Origin: Minisyncoccota bacterium
GTDB lineage: Bacteria; Patescibacteriota; Minisyncoccia; Phycocordibacterales; UBA9973
Length of the DNA: 64,000 bases
Direction: 5' to 3'
NCBI GenBank assembly: GCA_035510575.1
Contig: DATKGV010000004.1
Span: 88,419 to 152,418 of the forward strand
A program made the translations under genes and the position numbers. The notes under the pieces were generated by a model that saw only the letters and a list, made by a program, of their open reading frames with translations, had not been told where the DNA came from and made no database searches. Positions 1 through 8,343 of the stretch are shown piece by piece; position 1 is the stretch's first letter, and each line of letters starts with the position of its first letter.

Positions 1-249
1 ATCATGATCATATACAACTACATTTCCTTCGGGTGGATATATTGATATAAGAATTTCTGTATGATTAGGTGCATCGCATTTTCTTTTAAATAACACTCGT
101 TCATTTCTCCAAGCTAAACGTCTTTGCATTCTGCATTCCGGGCAAAATGTCGGCGGAGGAACTTTTATTTTCTCATAAAAAGAAAAATCATCTGGCTCAA
201 TAATGAAGTCGTTTTTGCAGTTTTGGCAGGTTTTTGTTTGTGCTTCCAT
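1..249 (-). CDS. Partial (runs off the window edge) Cys-rich conserved hypothetical protein, paralog of 46082..47821
   Basis: Hand translation from ATG at 249 gives MEAQTKTCQNCKNDFIIEPDDFSFYEKIKVPPPTFCPECRMQRRLAWRNER...ISIYPPEGNVVVYDHD, open to base 1. The N-terminus closely matches the 46082..47821 protein. Confidence 0.85.
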   Translation of the reverse strand, partial: MEAQTKTCQNCKNDFIIEPDDFSFYEKIKVPPPTFCPECRMQRRLAWRNERVLFKRKCDAPNHTEILISIYPPEGNVVVYDHD

Positions 250-313
250 ATCTATATACTACAACTATTCTTTTAAAAAACAATTGCAAAAATCCGCCTC
301 GGCTTTTTATTTA

Positions 314-3300
314 TTACGAATTATTAGCCAATTCTTCTTCAGTTTTTTCTTTTATTTTTCTTATTTTTTTGACGCCGAAGCCGGTACCTGCCGGAATCAG
401 ATTGCCAATAATGACATTTTCTTTGAGCCCGCGAAGATTATCAACTCCGCCGCGAATAGCGTTATTGATTAAGACACGATTAGTGTTTTGGAATGACGCA
501 GCAGAAAGCCATGACTTGGTTGTAAGCGAAACTTCAGTAATTCCAAGAACGATAGTTGAGGCCTCAGCTTTTTTGCCGTTTATAGCTTCCACGCGCTCAT
601 TCTCTTCAATAAGCTCTATCGCCTCGACTATTTCGCCGGGCGAGAATGTCGTATCTCCGGCATCTTTTATCTTTTTGCGCGAGAACATCTGGCGGATGAT
701 TATTTCAATATGCTTTCTGGAAATTGAGGCGCTTTGCAAATCATAAACTTTGTTTATTTCGCTCACGATATACTCTTCGGCTATTTCCTTGCCTCCATAT
801 TTGACAATATCATTGATATCGGCAGATCCGTCAGTAAGCAAGTCGCCTTTTTTAACCTTGCTTCCTTCTTTAACCAACGGCTGGCGCCTGAAGGCGACGA
901 CATATTCCATTTCGGATTTTTTAACGCCAGATTTTAACGTTGTTTGGGAAGACAAATCAGAAAGAACTTTTATAATTTTTTCCTTGCCATTATCCTTGAC
1001 TTCAATGACTTCGCCATCCGTAACAGAAATAACTGCCGGATTTTTAGGAACGCGCCTTTCAAATATTTCTTCAACGCGAGGAAGACCCGTGGTAATATCC
1101 ACAGTCGCCACGCCTCCGGCGTGGAATGTGCGGAGCGTCAGCTGAGTTCCCGGTTCGCCGATGGCTTGCGCGGCGATAATTCCGACGGCCTGCCCAAGCT
1201 CTATCATGCAGTTGCGTCCAAGATCAAGGCCGTAGCACATTCGGCAAATGCCATGGGTTGTTTCGCAAGAAAGCGGGGTTCTCACATGCGCTTCAGTAAT
1301 GCCCATCTTTTCAATCATTTTGGAATCTTCTTTCATAATTAGCGATCCCTTTTTAAATGCAACTTTGCCGCTCTTATCTTTGATATCGGCAAGCAAGACC
1401 CGCCCATGGACATACTTGGCTAATATTCCGCCAGTGGCGGTTATTTTTTTGCCATTTTTCGTGCCGCAATCTTCCTGCGTTATGACAACATCTTGAGCCA
1501 CATCCACCAAGCGTCGGGTAAGATATCCGGCCTTGGCGGTATTAAGAGCCGTGTCGGCAGCGCCTTTTCTGGAACCGTGAGTCGTAATGAAATATTCAAG
1601 AGGCGATAATCCTTCAATGTATGACGGAATAATCGGGAAATCAAGCGTTGCGCCGGAAGTATTGACAATCAAGCCCTTCATTCCGCACATTTGCACCAGA
1701 GAACCCATATTGCCGCGGGCGCCCGATGTGATAAGATCGTAAGTCGATCCTCTATTGTCCAATGTTTCAGGAATAATTTTTTCAATTTCCTTTTTCGCTT
1801 GCTCCCATATTTCGATCACTTTCTGATACTGTTCTTCCTCTGACAGAAGGCCTTCGCTGAATTGATCGCGGACAATTTCTTCTTCCTTGCGCGCCTTATT
1901 TACTATTGATGATTTGCCTTTCGGCACAGAAACATTATCAATGCCCCATGTCACTCCGGAATATGTGGCGTAATGATAGCCGAAGTCCTTTATTTTATCC
2001 AAGATTGAAGGCGTCGCATCGATGCTGTAGTGAACTATGAGCTCGTCAACAAGGAGCGACATGCGCTTGATGGTAATTTCTTCGTTTATAAATGGAAAAT
2101 CATCCGGGAAAATGCTGTTAAAGAACAATCGTCCGACAGTCGTCTCAAACGGCTTGCCTTCAAACTTTTTATATCTGGCTTTGTCGCTGCCAAGAACTTT
2201 TATCTTCGCTCTGAATGTTATTACTCCCAGATCAAACGCCGTTATAGCTTGATTTGGATTTGAAAATGCCATTCCCTCGCCTTTTTCTCCATCCATCAAT
2301 TTGGTCATCCAATAGCATCCAAGAACCATATCCATCTTAGGCATGACGATAGGAGTGCCGTCTTGGGGCTTGAGCAGATTTTTGTTTGATGCCATATAAT
2401 CATGAGCTTCTTTTTGAGCCATATCGGAAAGAGGCACATAGACAGCCATTTGGTCTCCGTCAAAGTCGGCATTGAAACCGGTGCATACTAGAGGATGAAC
2501 TTGAATAGCGTTGCCTTCGATAAGAATCGGATTGAAGGCCTGAATGCCCAAGCGGTGAAGCGTCGGAGCGCGATTGAGCAACACATATTTTCCTTTAATC
2601 ACTTCTTCAAGAATAGCCCAAACCTCCGGTATTCCTTCTTCAATCAGGCGATTGACGCCGCGAATATTGAAAGCCAGTTCTGTTTCAAGAACCTTGGCGA
2701 TGACGAACGGCCTGAAAAGTTCCAGCGCCATGTGCTTCGGCAGACCGCATTGATTGAGCTTGAGCTGAGGACCAACGACAATAACAGAACGGCCTGAATA
2801 ATCCACTCGCTTGCCGAGAAGATTCTGGCGGAACAGCCCTTGTTTTGATTTTAAATTATCTGAAAGGGATTTTAATGCGCGCTTCTGCGATGCGGATACG
2901 GCATGGGAATCATTCTGCTTGGCTATTGAATTGTCTATCAGCGCATCCACGGCTTCCTGCAAAATTCTTTTTTCATTGCGAAGAATAACGTCCGGCGCGC
3001 CTATTTCTTTCAATTTCTTCAAGCGATTATTTCGGTTGATGACTCGGCGATACAAATCATTCAGATCGGAAGTTGCGTGGCGTCCGCCGTCCAGCGCCAC
3101 CATCGGGCGGAGAGCCGGAGGAATGACCGGAATTACAGTCAAGAACATCCACTCGGGGCGGATGCCTGAAGCAATCATTGATCTTATTAAAGAAAGCCGT
3201 TTCTCGAGCTTCTCTTTTTCTAGGCTTGAGGCCTTCCCAAGCATGGCAAGGGTCTCGGTTCTTGTTTTCTCTAAATCGATATTCTTGAAAAGAGAATATA

Positions 3301-4018
3301 TCGCTTCAGCTCCTATATTCGCCTCGAAACAGCTTCCATATTTGAGTCCGAAATGATGATAAGCGATTTCATTAAGCACTTTTCCCAAGGTAATGTCGTT
3401 TATTTCCCTCTTGGTATTAGTCAAGAGTTCTTTTAATTTCTCTTTTTCTTCGTCATTGCTTGCGCTCTTTATTTTGGCTTTGAATTCGCTTTCAAGATTC
3501 TTGATTATTTTTTCTTTTTCCTCACTATAAACGTTTGTAATTATATATCCGGCAAAATATATGACCTTTTCAAGATCATTGACCGGTATATTCAAAAGGA
3601 CGGACATTCTGGAAGGAACCCCGCGCAAGAACCAAATATGGGCTACTGGGCTTGCCAATTCTATGTGGCCCATGCGATCGCGCCTGACTATCGAGCGAGT
3701 AACTTCAACTCCGCATTTTTCGCAGATGATGTCCTTGTAGCGTATGCGTCGGTATTTTCCGCAATAACATTCATAGTCCTTTTCAGGGCCGAATATGCGC
3801 TCATCAAAAAGCCCGTTGCGCTCGCTGCGGCCGGTTCGATAATTAATGGTCTCGGGCTTGGTAACCTCGCCATACGACCATTCGCGTATGCGTTCAGGGC
3901 TGGCCAGCTTGAGCGATATTGAATCAAAATTTGTTGTATCAATTGTTTTCATATTGTTATTTGTTCCACATGTCGGACTTGTGGCTAGCCACAAGTCCGA
4001 CATGTGGTCTTTTTCCAT
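314..4018 (-). CDS. rpoC: DNA-directed RNA polymerase subunit beta'
   Basis: NADFDGDQM catalytic motif, CYCGKY/CEKC zinc finger, GEPGTQLT. The ATG at 4018 overlaps the rpoB stop (TAATG); alternative start at 3952. Confidence 0.99.
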   Translation of the reverse strand: MEKDHMSDLWLATSPTCGTNNNMKTIDTTNFDSISLKLASPERIREWSYGEVTKPETINYRTGRSERNGLFDERIFGPEKDYECYCGKYRRIRYKDIICEKCGVEVTRSIVRRDRMGHIELASPVAHIWFLRGVPSRMSVLLNIPVNDLEKVIYFAGYIITNVYSEEKEKIIKNLESEFKAKIKSASNDEEKEKLKELLTNTKREINDITLGKVLNEIAYHHFGLKYGSCFEANIGAEAIYSLFKNIDLEKTRTETLAMLGKASSLEKEKLEKRLSLIRSMIASGIRPEWMFLTVIPVIPPALRPMVALDGGRHATSDLNDLYRRVINRNNRLKKLKEIGAPDVILRNEKRILQEAVDALIDNSIAKQNDSHAVSASQKRALKSLSDNLKSKQGLFRQNLLGKRVDYSGRSVIVVGPQLKLNQCGLPKHMALELFRPFVIAKVLETELAFNIRGVNRLIEEGIPEVWAILEEVIKGKYVLLNRAPTLHRLGIQAFNPILIEGNAIQVHPLVCTGFNADFDGDQMAVYVPLSDMAQKEAHDYMASNKNLLKPQDGTPIVMPKMDMVLGCYWMTKLMDGEKGEGMAFSNPNQAITAFDLGVITFRAKIKVLGSDKARYKKFEGKPFETTVGRLFFNSIFPDDFPFINEEITIKRMSLLVDELIVHYSIDATPSILDKIKDFGYHYATYSGVTWGIDNVSVPKGKSSIVNKARKEEEIVRDQFSEGLLSEEEQYQKVIEIWEQAKKEIEKIIPETLDNRGSTYDLITSGARGNMGSLVQMCGMKGLIVNTSGATLDFPIIPSYIEGLSPLEYFITTHGSRKGAADTALNTAKAGYLTRRLVDVAQDVVITQEDCGTKNGKKITATGGILAKYVHGRVLLADIKDKSGKVAFKKGSLIMKEDSKMIEKMGITEAHVRTPLSCETTHGICRMCYGLDLGRNCMIELGQAVGIIAAQAIGEPGTQLTLRTFHAGGVATVDITTGLPRVEEIFERRVPKNPAVISVTDGEVIEVKDNGKEKIIKVLSDLSSQTTLKSGVKKSEMEYVVAFRRQPLVKEGSKVKKGDLLTDGSADINDIVKYGGKEIAEEYIVSEINKVYDLQSASISRKHIEIIIRQMFSRKKIKDAGDTTFSPGEIVEAIELIEENERVEAINGKKAEASTIVLGITEVSLTTKSWLSAASFQNTNRVLINNAIRGGVDNLRGLKENVIIGNLIPAGTGFGVKKIRKIKEKTEEELANNS
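3966..4007. repeat. 42-bp perfect palindrome (inverted REP doublet)
   Basis: ccacatgtcggacttgtggct|agccacaagtccgacatgtgg; each half is an imperfect GTC-N-GAC hairpin related to 17280..17310. Confidence 0.9.
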
Positions 4019-7000
4019 TAATCATTCCGACTTCTTTTAAGATCAACATCGAGAGCCAGGCCTCGGAGATAATTCAGCAATACATTAAATGATGCCGGTA
4101 TATTCGGTTCTCCGATCGGCTGACCTTTAATAATGGCGTCAAAAGTCGCGGAGCGCCCCATGATATCGTCGGACTTGATAGTCAGCATTTCGCGAAGCGT
4201 ATAAGCGGCGCCGTGGCCTTCCAGAGCCCAGACCTCCATCTCGCCGAATCTTTGTCCGCCGCCTTGGGCCTTGCCGCCGAGCGGTTGCTGAGTAATAAGA
4301 GAGTAAGGGCCTATAGAACGCATATGCAGCTTGTCTTCAACCATGTGATGAAGCTTAAGCATGTACATATAGCCGATAGCGATATCTTGATTGAAAGCGT
4401 CTCCGGTGCGTCCGTCATACAGAGTCACTTTGCCGCTTTCGGGCAGCCCCGCTTTTACAAGTTCGGCTTTGATTTCCGGCACAGTCGCGGACGAGAAAGG
4501 AGGAATAATAGCTTGGTAGCCGAGAGTATGAGCGGCGTAGCCCAAATGCATTTCAAGAATCTGCCCCAAGTTCATGCGGGAAGGCACGCCGAGAGGCGTA
4601 AGAATTATGTCAATAGGAGTGCCATCCGCCATAAACGGCATTTCTTCTTCAGGCAGGATAATGGATATGACTCCTTTGTTTCCATGACGGCCGGCAAGCT
4701 TGTCGCCGACTGAAATATTTCTGACTTGGGCTATTTCAACAACTATCTTTTTGATAATGCCGGATTCAAGATTATGTCCTTGGTCGCGCGAGAAAATTTT
4801 CACTCCGACGACGCGTCCGCGCTTGCCATGCTCCAAGCGGAGCGATGTGTCTTTGACGTCGCGAGCTTTCTCGGTAAAAATAGATCGGAGCAAGCGCTCT
4901 TCCGGCGTAAGTTCGGTCTCGCCCTTAGGAGTAATTTTGCCGACAAGAATATCATTTTCTCCGACTTCGGCGCCGATAATCACTATTCCATCTTCGTCCA
5001 AATCCTTTAATTTATTCTCGCCGACATTCGGTATGTCGCGAGTGGTAATTTCAGGTCCGAGCTTCGTATCGCGAACGCTGCAGATGAATTCTGTAATATA
5101 AATGCTGGTAAATTTGCTTTGTTTAACTAACCTCTCGGATAATATGATGGCATCCTCATAGTTGGCGCCGCCCCACGACATGAATGCGACAAGAACATTC
5201 TGGCCGAGAGCTATCTGGCCGTTGCAGGTAGTGCTGGTATCGGCAAGAACCTCGCCTTTTTTGACGTGATCTTGGAGCGACACGCTCGGACGCTGATGAA
5301 AGATAGAAAAGTTGTTAGTGCGGGAGAAAGTGATAAGCGGATAAACGTGTTCTTTGCCTTTATCGTCTTTGACAATTATTTTTTTGGCATCGACATAAAT
5401 GACTGTTCCGCTTGTCTCTGAAATAATCAATCGTCCGGAATCGCGGCTGGCCGACTCTTCTATGCCGGTTGCAACCAGAGGAGCTTCGGGAATAACGCAT
5501 GGCAGCGCCTGCTTCTGCATGTTGCTTCCCATTAATGTTCTGTGAGCATCATCATGTTCTAGGAATGGAATCATCGAAGTAGCCACCGAAAAGGCCTGAT
5601 TGGTAGCTACGTCTATGTAGTCAATTTCACTGCGAGAAACCATTCCTGGATTGGTCTTGATGCGGGCTTCGACTCTGTCTTCTATAATATTGCCTTTTTC
5701 GTCATAATCAGTGCCGGCATGAGCAATATTGAATTTTTCTTCTTCAAGCGCATTCAAATAAACCACTTCATTGGTGATTTTTCCGTTCTTTACTTTTATA
5801 TACGGCGTTTCAATAATGCCAAATTCATTTATTTTGGCGTATGTTGAAAGGTGCAAGATAAGGCCGATATTCGGACCTTCAGGCGTATGAATAGGACATA
5901 CTCTGCCGTAGTGGGACGTGTGCACATCGCGAACTTCAAGTCCGGCGCGTTCGCGCGTCAATCCGCCTGGACCAAGCGCCGAGAGCGTTCGTAAGTGCTC
6001 AATTTCAGCCAGGACATTTTCCTGATTCATGAATTGCGAAAGTTGATTGGCGGTGAAAAATTCTTTTATGCGGGCTTGGAGCGGGCGCTGATTTATGATT
6101 TGAATTGGCATTGTCGTCCCAACATCAATAGTCGACATGCGGTCCTGAATATTTCGCTTTATCTGAGCCATGCCCATGCGTATTTTCTGCTGGAACATCT
6201 CGCCTATATAGCGCACTCGGCGCTGTCCTAAGTGATCGATATCATCGGCTTTGGCATTCAAAGTATTATTGAGCTCGACTATGTTTGAAATAATAGCTAC
6301 TATATCGTCAGCAGATATTGTGCGGCGTTCCATTTCCTTGTCATCCATGCTTTTGCCGAAACGCTTGTTAAAACGGAATCGGCCGACGGGAGAAAGATCA
6401 TAGCGCTCCCCTGAAAGCAAAGTATTTATGAATTCGCGGGCATTTTCGCCGGTCGCTAAATCGCCGTCCCTGAGGCGCTTGTATATCTCTATGAATGAAT
6501 CAGAAACAGTTTTGGCGGGGTCCTTTTCAATGCAGACCTTTATGACTTTTTCATCCAATTCGTTCCCGCCTGCTCCCGAACCTTCGTGAGGGCGGGCAGG
6601 TTTGCTGAATGCTTTCATTAGGCCTTCATTGGTCGCCAGTCCTAATACGCGAAGAAGGGACGCGATGGAAAATTTTCTTTTCTTGTCTATGCGGACATAG
6701 ATGCAGCCGTCCGGGTCGGATTCTATCTCGATCCAAACGCCTCGCGCCGGAATAATTTTCGCTCCGAAATAGCGCTTGCCTTTTATTTCTTGGTCGGTAA
6801 AAAATACGCCGAATGATCTGGTCAGCTGGGGAACAATAACGCGCTCTACCCCGTTGATTATGAAAGTGCCATGCTTGGTCATTAGCGGCACGTCAGCCAT
6901 GAATATTTCCTGCTCTTTGGAAATTCCCATGCTTTTATTAAGAAGCTTGACTCGCGCTTTGAGAGATCCTTCATAAGTCAGCTTGTTGATCTTTGAGTAT

Positions 7001-7227
7001 TCCTCGTCGAATTTCGGCTCGCCTAATGAGAATGAAGTGAAATCAAGCTGAAATTTCTTGTCGGAATAATCATTGATCGGGGAAAATTCTTTGAAAACTT
7101 CCGACAGGCCTTTTTCCACCAGCCAGTTGAAAGAAACCAGCTGATTTTCAATCAGATTAGGAAATGACACTAACGGCTTCTTATATCTGGCAAAATATTT
7201 CTTCTCTCGTTCAGCTGTTTTTTTCAT
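4018..7227 (-). CDS. rpoB: DNA-directed RNA polymerase subunit beta
   Basis: GDKLAGRHGNKG, HMVEDKLHMRS, GQRFGEMEVWALE motifs; likely ATG at 7227 (MKKTAE). Confidence 0.99.
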   Translation of the reverse strand: MKKTAEREKKYFARYKKPLVSFPNLIENQLVSFNWLVEKGLSEVFKEFSPINDYSDKKFQLDFTSFSLGEPKFDEEYSKINKLTYEGSLKARVKLLNKSMGISKEQEIFMADVPLMTKHGTFIINGVERVIVPQLTRSFGVFFTDQEIKGKRYFGAKIIPARGVWIEIESDPDGCIYVRIDKKRKFSIASLLRVLGLATNEGLMKAFSKPARPHEGSGAGGNELDEKVIKVCIEKDPAKTVSDSFIEIYKRLRDGDLATGENAREFINTLLSGERYDLSPVGRFRFNKRFGKSMDDKEMERRTISADDIVAIISNIVELNNTLNAKADDIDHLGQRRVRYIGEMFQQKIRMGMAQIKRNIQDRMSTIDVGTTMPIQIINQRPLQARIKEFFTANQLSQFMNQENVLAEIEHLRTLSALGPGGLTRERAGLEVRDVHTSHYGRVCPIHTPEGPNIGLILHLSTYAKINEFGIIETPYIKVKNGKITNEVVYLNALEEEKFNIAHAGTDYDEKGNIIEDRVEARIKTNPGMVSRSEIDYIDVATNQAFSVATSMIPFLEHDDAHRTLMGSNMQKQALPCVIPEAPLVATGIEESASRDSGRLIISETSGTVIYVDAKKIIVKDDKGKEHVYPLITFSRTNNFSIFHQRPSVSLQDHVKKGEVLADTSTTCNGQIALGQNVLVAFMSWGGANYEDAIILSERLVKQSKFTSIYITEFICSVRDTKLGPEITTRDIPNVGENKLKDLDEDGIVIIGAEVGENDILVGKITPKGETELTPEERLLRSIFTEKARDVKDTSLRLEHGKRGRVVGVKIFSRDQGHNLESGIIKKIVVEIAQVRNISVGDKLAGRHGNKGVISIILPEEEMPFMADGTPIDIILTPLGVPSRMNLGQILEMHLGYAAHTLGYQAIIPPFSSATVPEIKAELVKAGLPESGKVTLYDGRTGDAFNQDIAIGYMYMLKLHHMVEDKLHMRSIGPYSLITQQPLGGKAQGGGQRFGEMEVWALEGHGAAYTLREMLTIKSDDIMGRSATFDAIIKGQPIGEPNIPASFNVLLNYLRGLALDVDLKRSRND
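6565..6600 (-). repeat. 36-nt in-frame palindromic insertion in rpoB (PARPHEGSGAGG)
   Basis: cctgcccgc-N18-gcaggcggg; same length and termini as 34301..34336 in pheT. Confidence 0.8.
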
Positions 7228-7397
7228 ATAAAAAGAAAAACAAAAAAACACCAAGGCGACCAAACCTGTGCGTTATTATTTATTTATAATTGGCAGTGAT
7301 ATTGTTTTTAAGCACAAAAAATGCCTGCTACCCGCTTACAAAACTTATTAAATTAGTGCGATTGATGCCATAACTCAATCTAGTCAATCTGGGTCTG

Positions 7398-7425
7398 AGT
7401 ATACAGAAAAATAATTCTTTGTCAA
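7398..7425 (-). promoter_or_regulatory. sigma70-type promoter for rpoBC
   Basis: TTGACA-16 nt-TATACT on the minus strand, about 170 nt upstream of the rpoB ATG. Confidence 0.65.
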
Positions 7426-7454
7426 GAAAGTTATCAACAGCATCATCGAATTCC

Positions 7455-7538
7455 TCCTCCCCTGCGAAGGGGAGGATTAAGGAGGGGTGAATTAATTAAT
7501 GCACCCCCTCTGCCCTTTCGGGCATCTCCTTACAGGAG
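7455..7538. repeat. GC-rich multi-hairpin REP-like intergenic element
   Basis: tcctcccct-GCGA-aggggagga, ggggtg/cacccc and tgccc-tttc-gggca hairpins in an otherwise AT-rich intergenic region. Confidence 0.55.
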
Positions 7539-7561
7539 CAGTACACCTTTTGGATACTTGG

Positions 7562-7588
7562 AGTAAGCTAGGACAGTCCTAGCTTACT
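7562..7588. repeat. REP palindrome (family A) overlapping the RAYT stop codon
   Basis: agtaagctaggac-a-gtcctagcttact; the 23-bp core is identical to the copy at 8269..8309. Confidence 0.9.
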
Positions 7589-8259
7589 GAAGTGAAATAA
7601 TTTTCAACAAATTTTTGGAATGACTGCTTTAATTGAAAATAATCTGGAAATGCTACTTTATTTAAAATATTACCTTCCACTCTATCGAGACCAAGATAAT
7701 CAAAATAACTTGAATAATTATATGATTCAAGAAAATCTTTCATTGCTTTATTGTCAACATTTTTATTCTTATCCTGTTTTTCCCAACCAGAAAACTTTAT
7801 ATCAAATACATTTAGATGGATATATGCAAAAAGTTGTCGCATATAATTATCATCTGTTTTTATACATTTTGATTTAAAAGGCCCACCGAATAAAGCACCT
7901 TGTCTTTGATATTTTATATTGAAGAACATTGAATATCCTGTACCTAATTTTTTCATAAATTTAGTAATACCACTATCTATTTCCTGTCTAACCAAAATAT
8001 GAAAATGGTTTGCCATAAGACACCATGCGCCAATTGAAACAAGCGGTTTACCCTTATCTAAAATCATAACTTCAAAAAAAGACTTTTTTTGTTGATTTAT
8101 AAGATTATTTAATTTAAATTCCTCCTGAGAATTTGAAATATAAATAAGCATAATAAATCTTTCAAAATCATATTTTGATTTGAAAATAATTCTTTTATCT
8201 ATACCACGATTGTACAAATGATAATATTCGCCAGTGATAAATGGATCTTTTCGCAACAT
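7579..8259 (-). mobile_element. REP-associated tyrosine transposase (RAYT / IS200-like Y1 HUH transposase)
   Basis: YYHLYNRG, WCLMANHFHILV (HUH), GALFGGPFKS, YIHLN, YSSY motifs; flanked by palindromes; very AT-rich. Confidence 0.9.
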
Positions 8260-8268
8260 GTCTTGTAT

Positions 8269-8309
8269 TATATACCATAAGCTAGGACAGTCCTAGCTTA
8301 TGGTATATA
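8269..8309. repeat. REP palindrome (family A) overlapping the RAYT promoter
   Basis: tatataccataagctaggac-a-gtcctagcttatggtatata, 20-bp perfect arms. Confidence 0.9.
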
Positions 8310-8343
8310 GAGTTAGAGAAAGATGAATTGATGAGAAATTAAA

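Noticed and set aside
7431-7439. DnaA-box-like TTATCAACA (and TTATCCCCA near 61532) suggesting an origin
   Set aside because: Isolated single mismatched boxes with no cluster and no dnaA.
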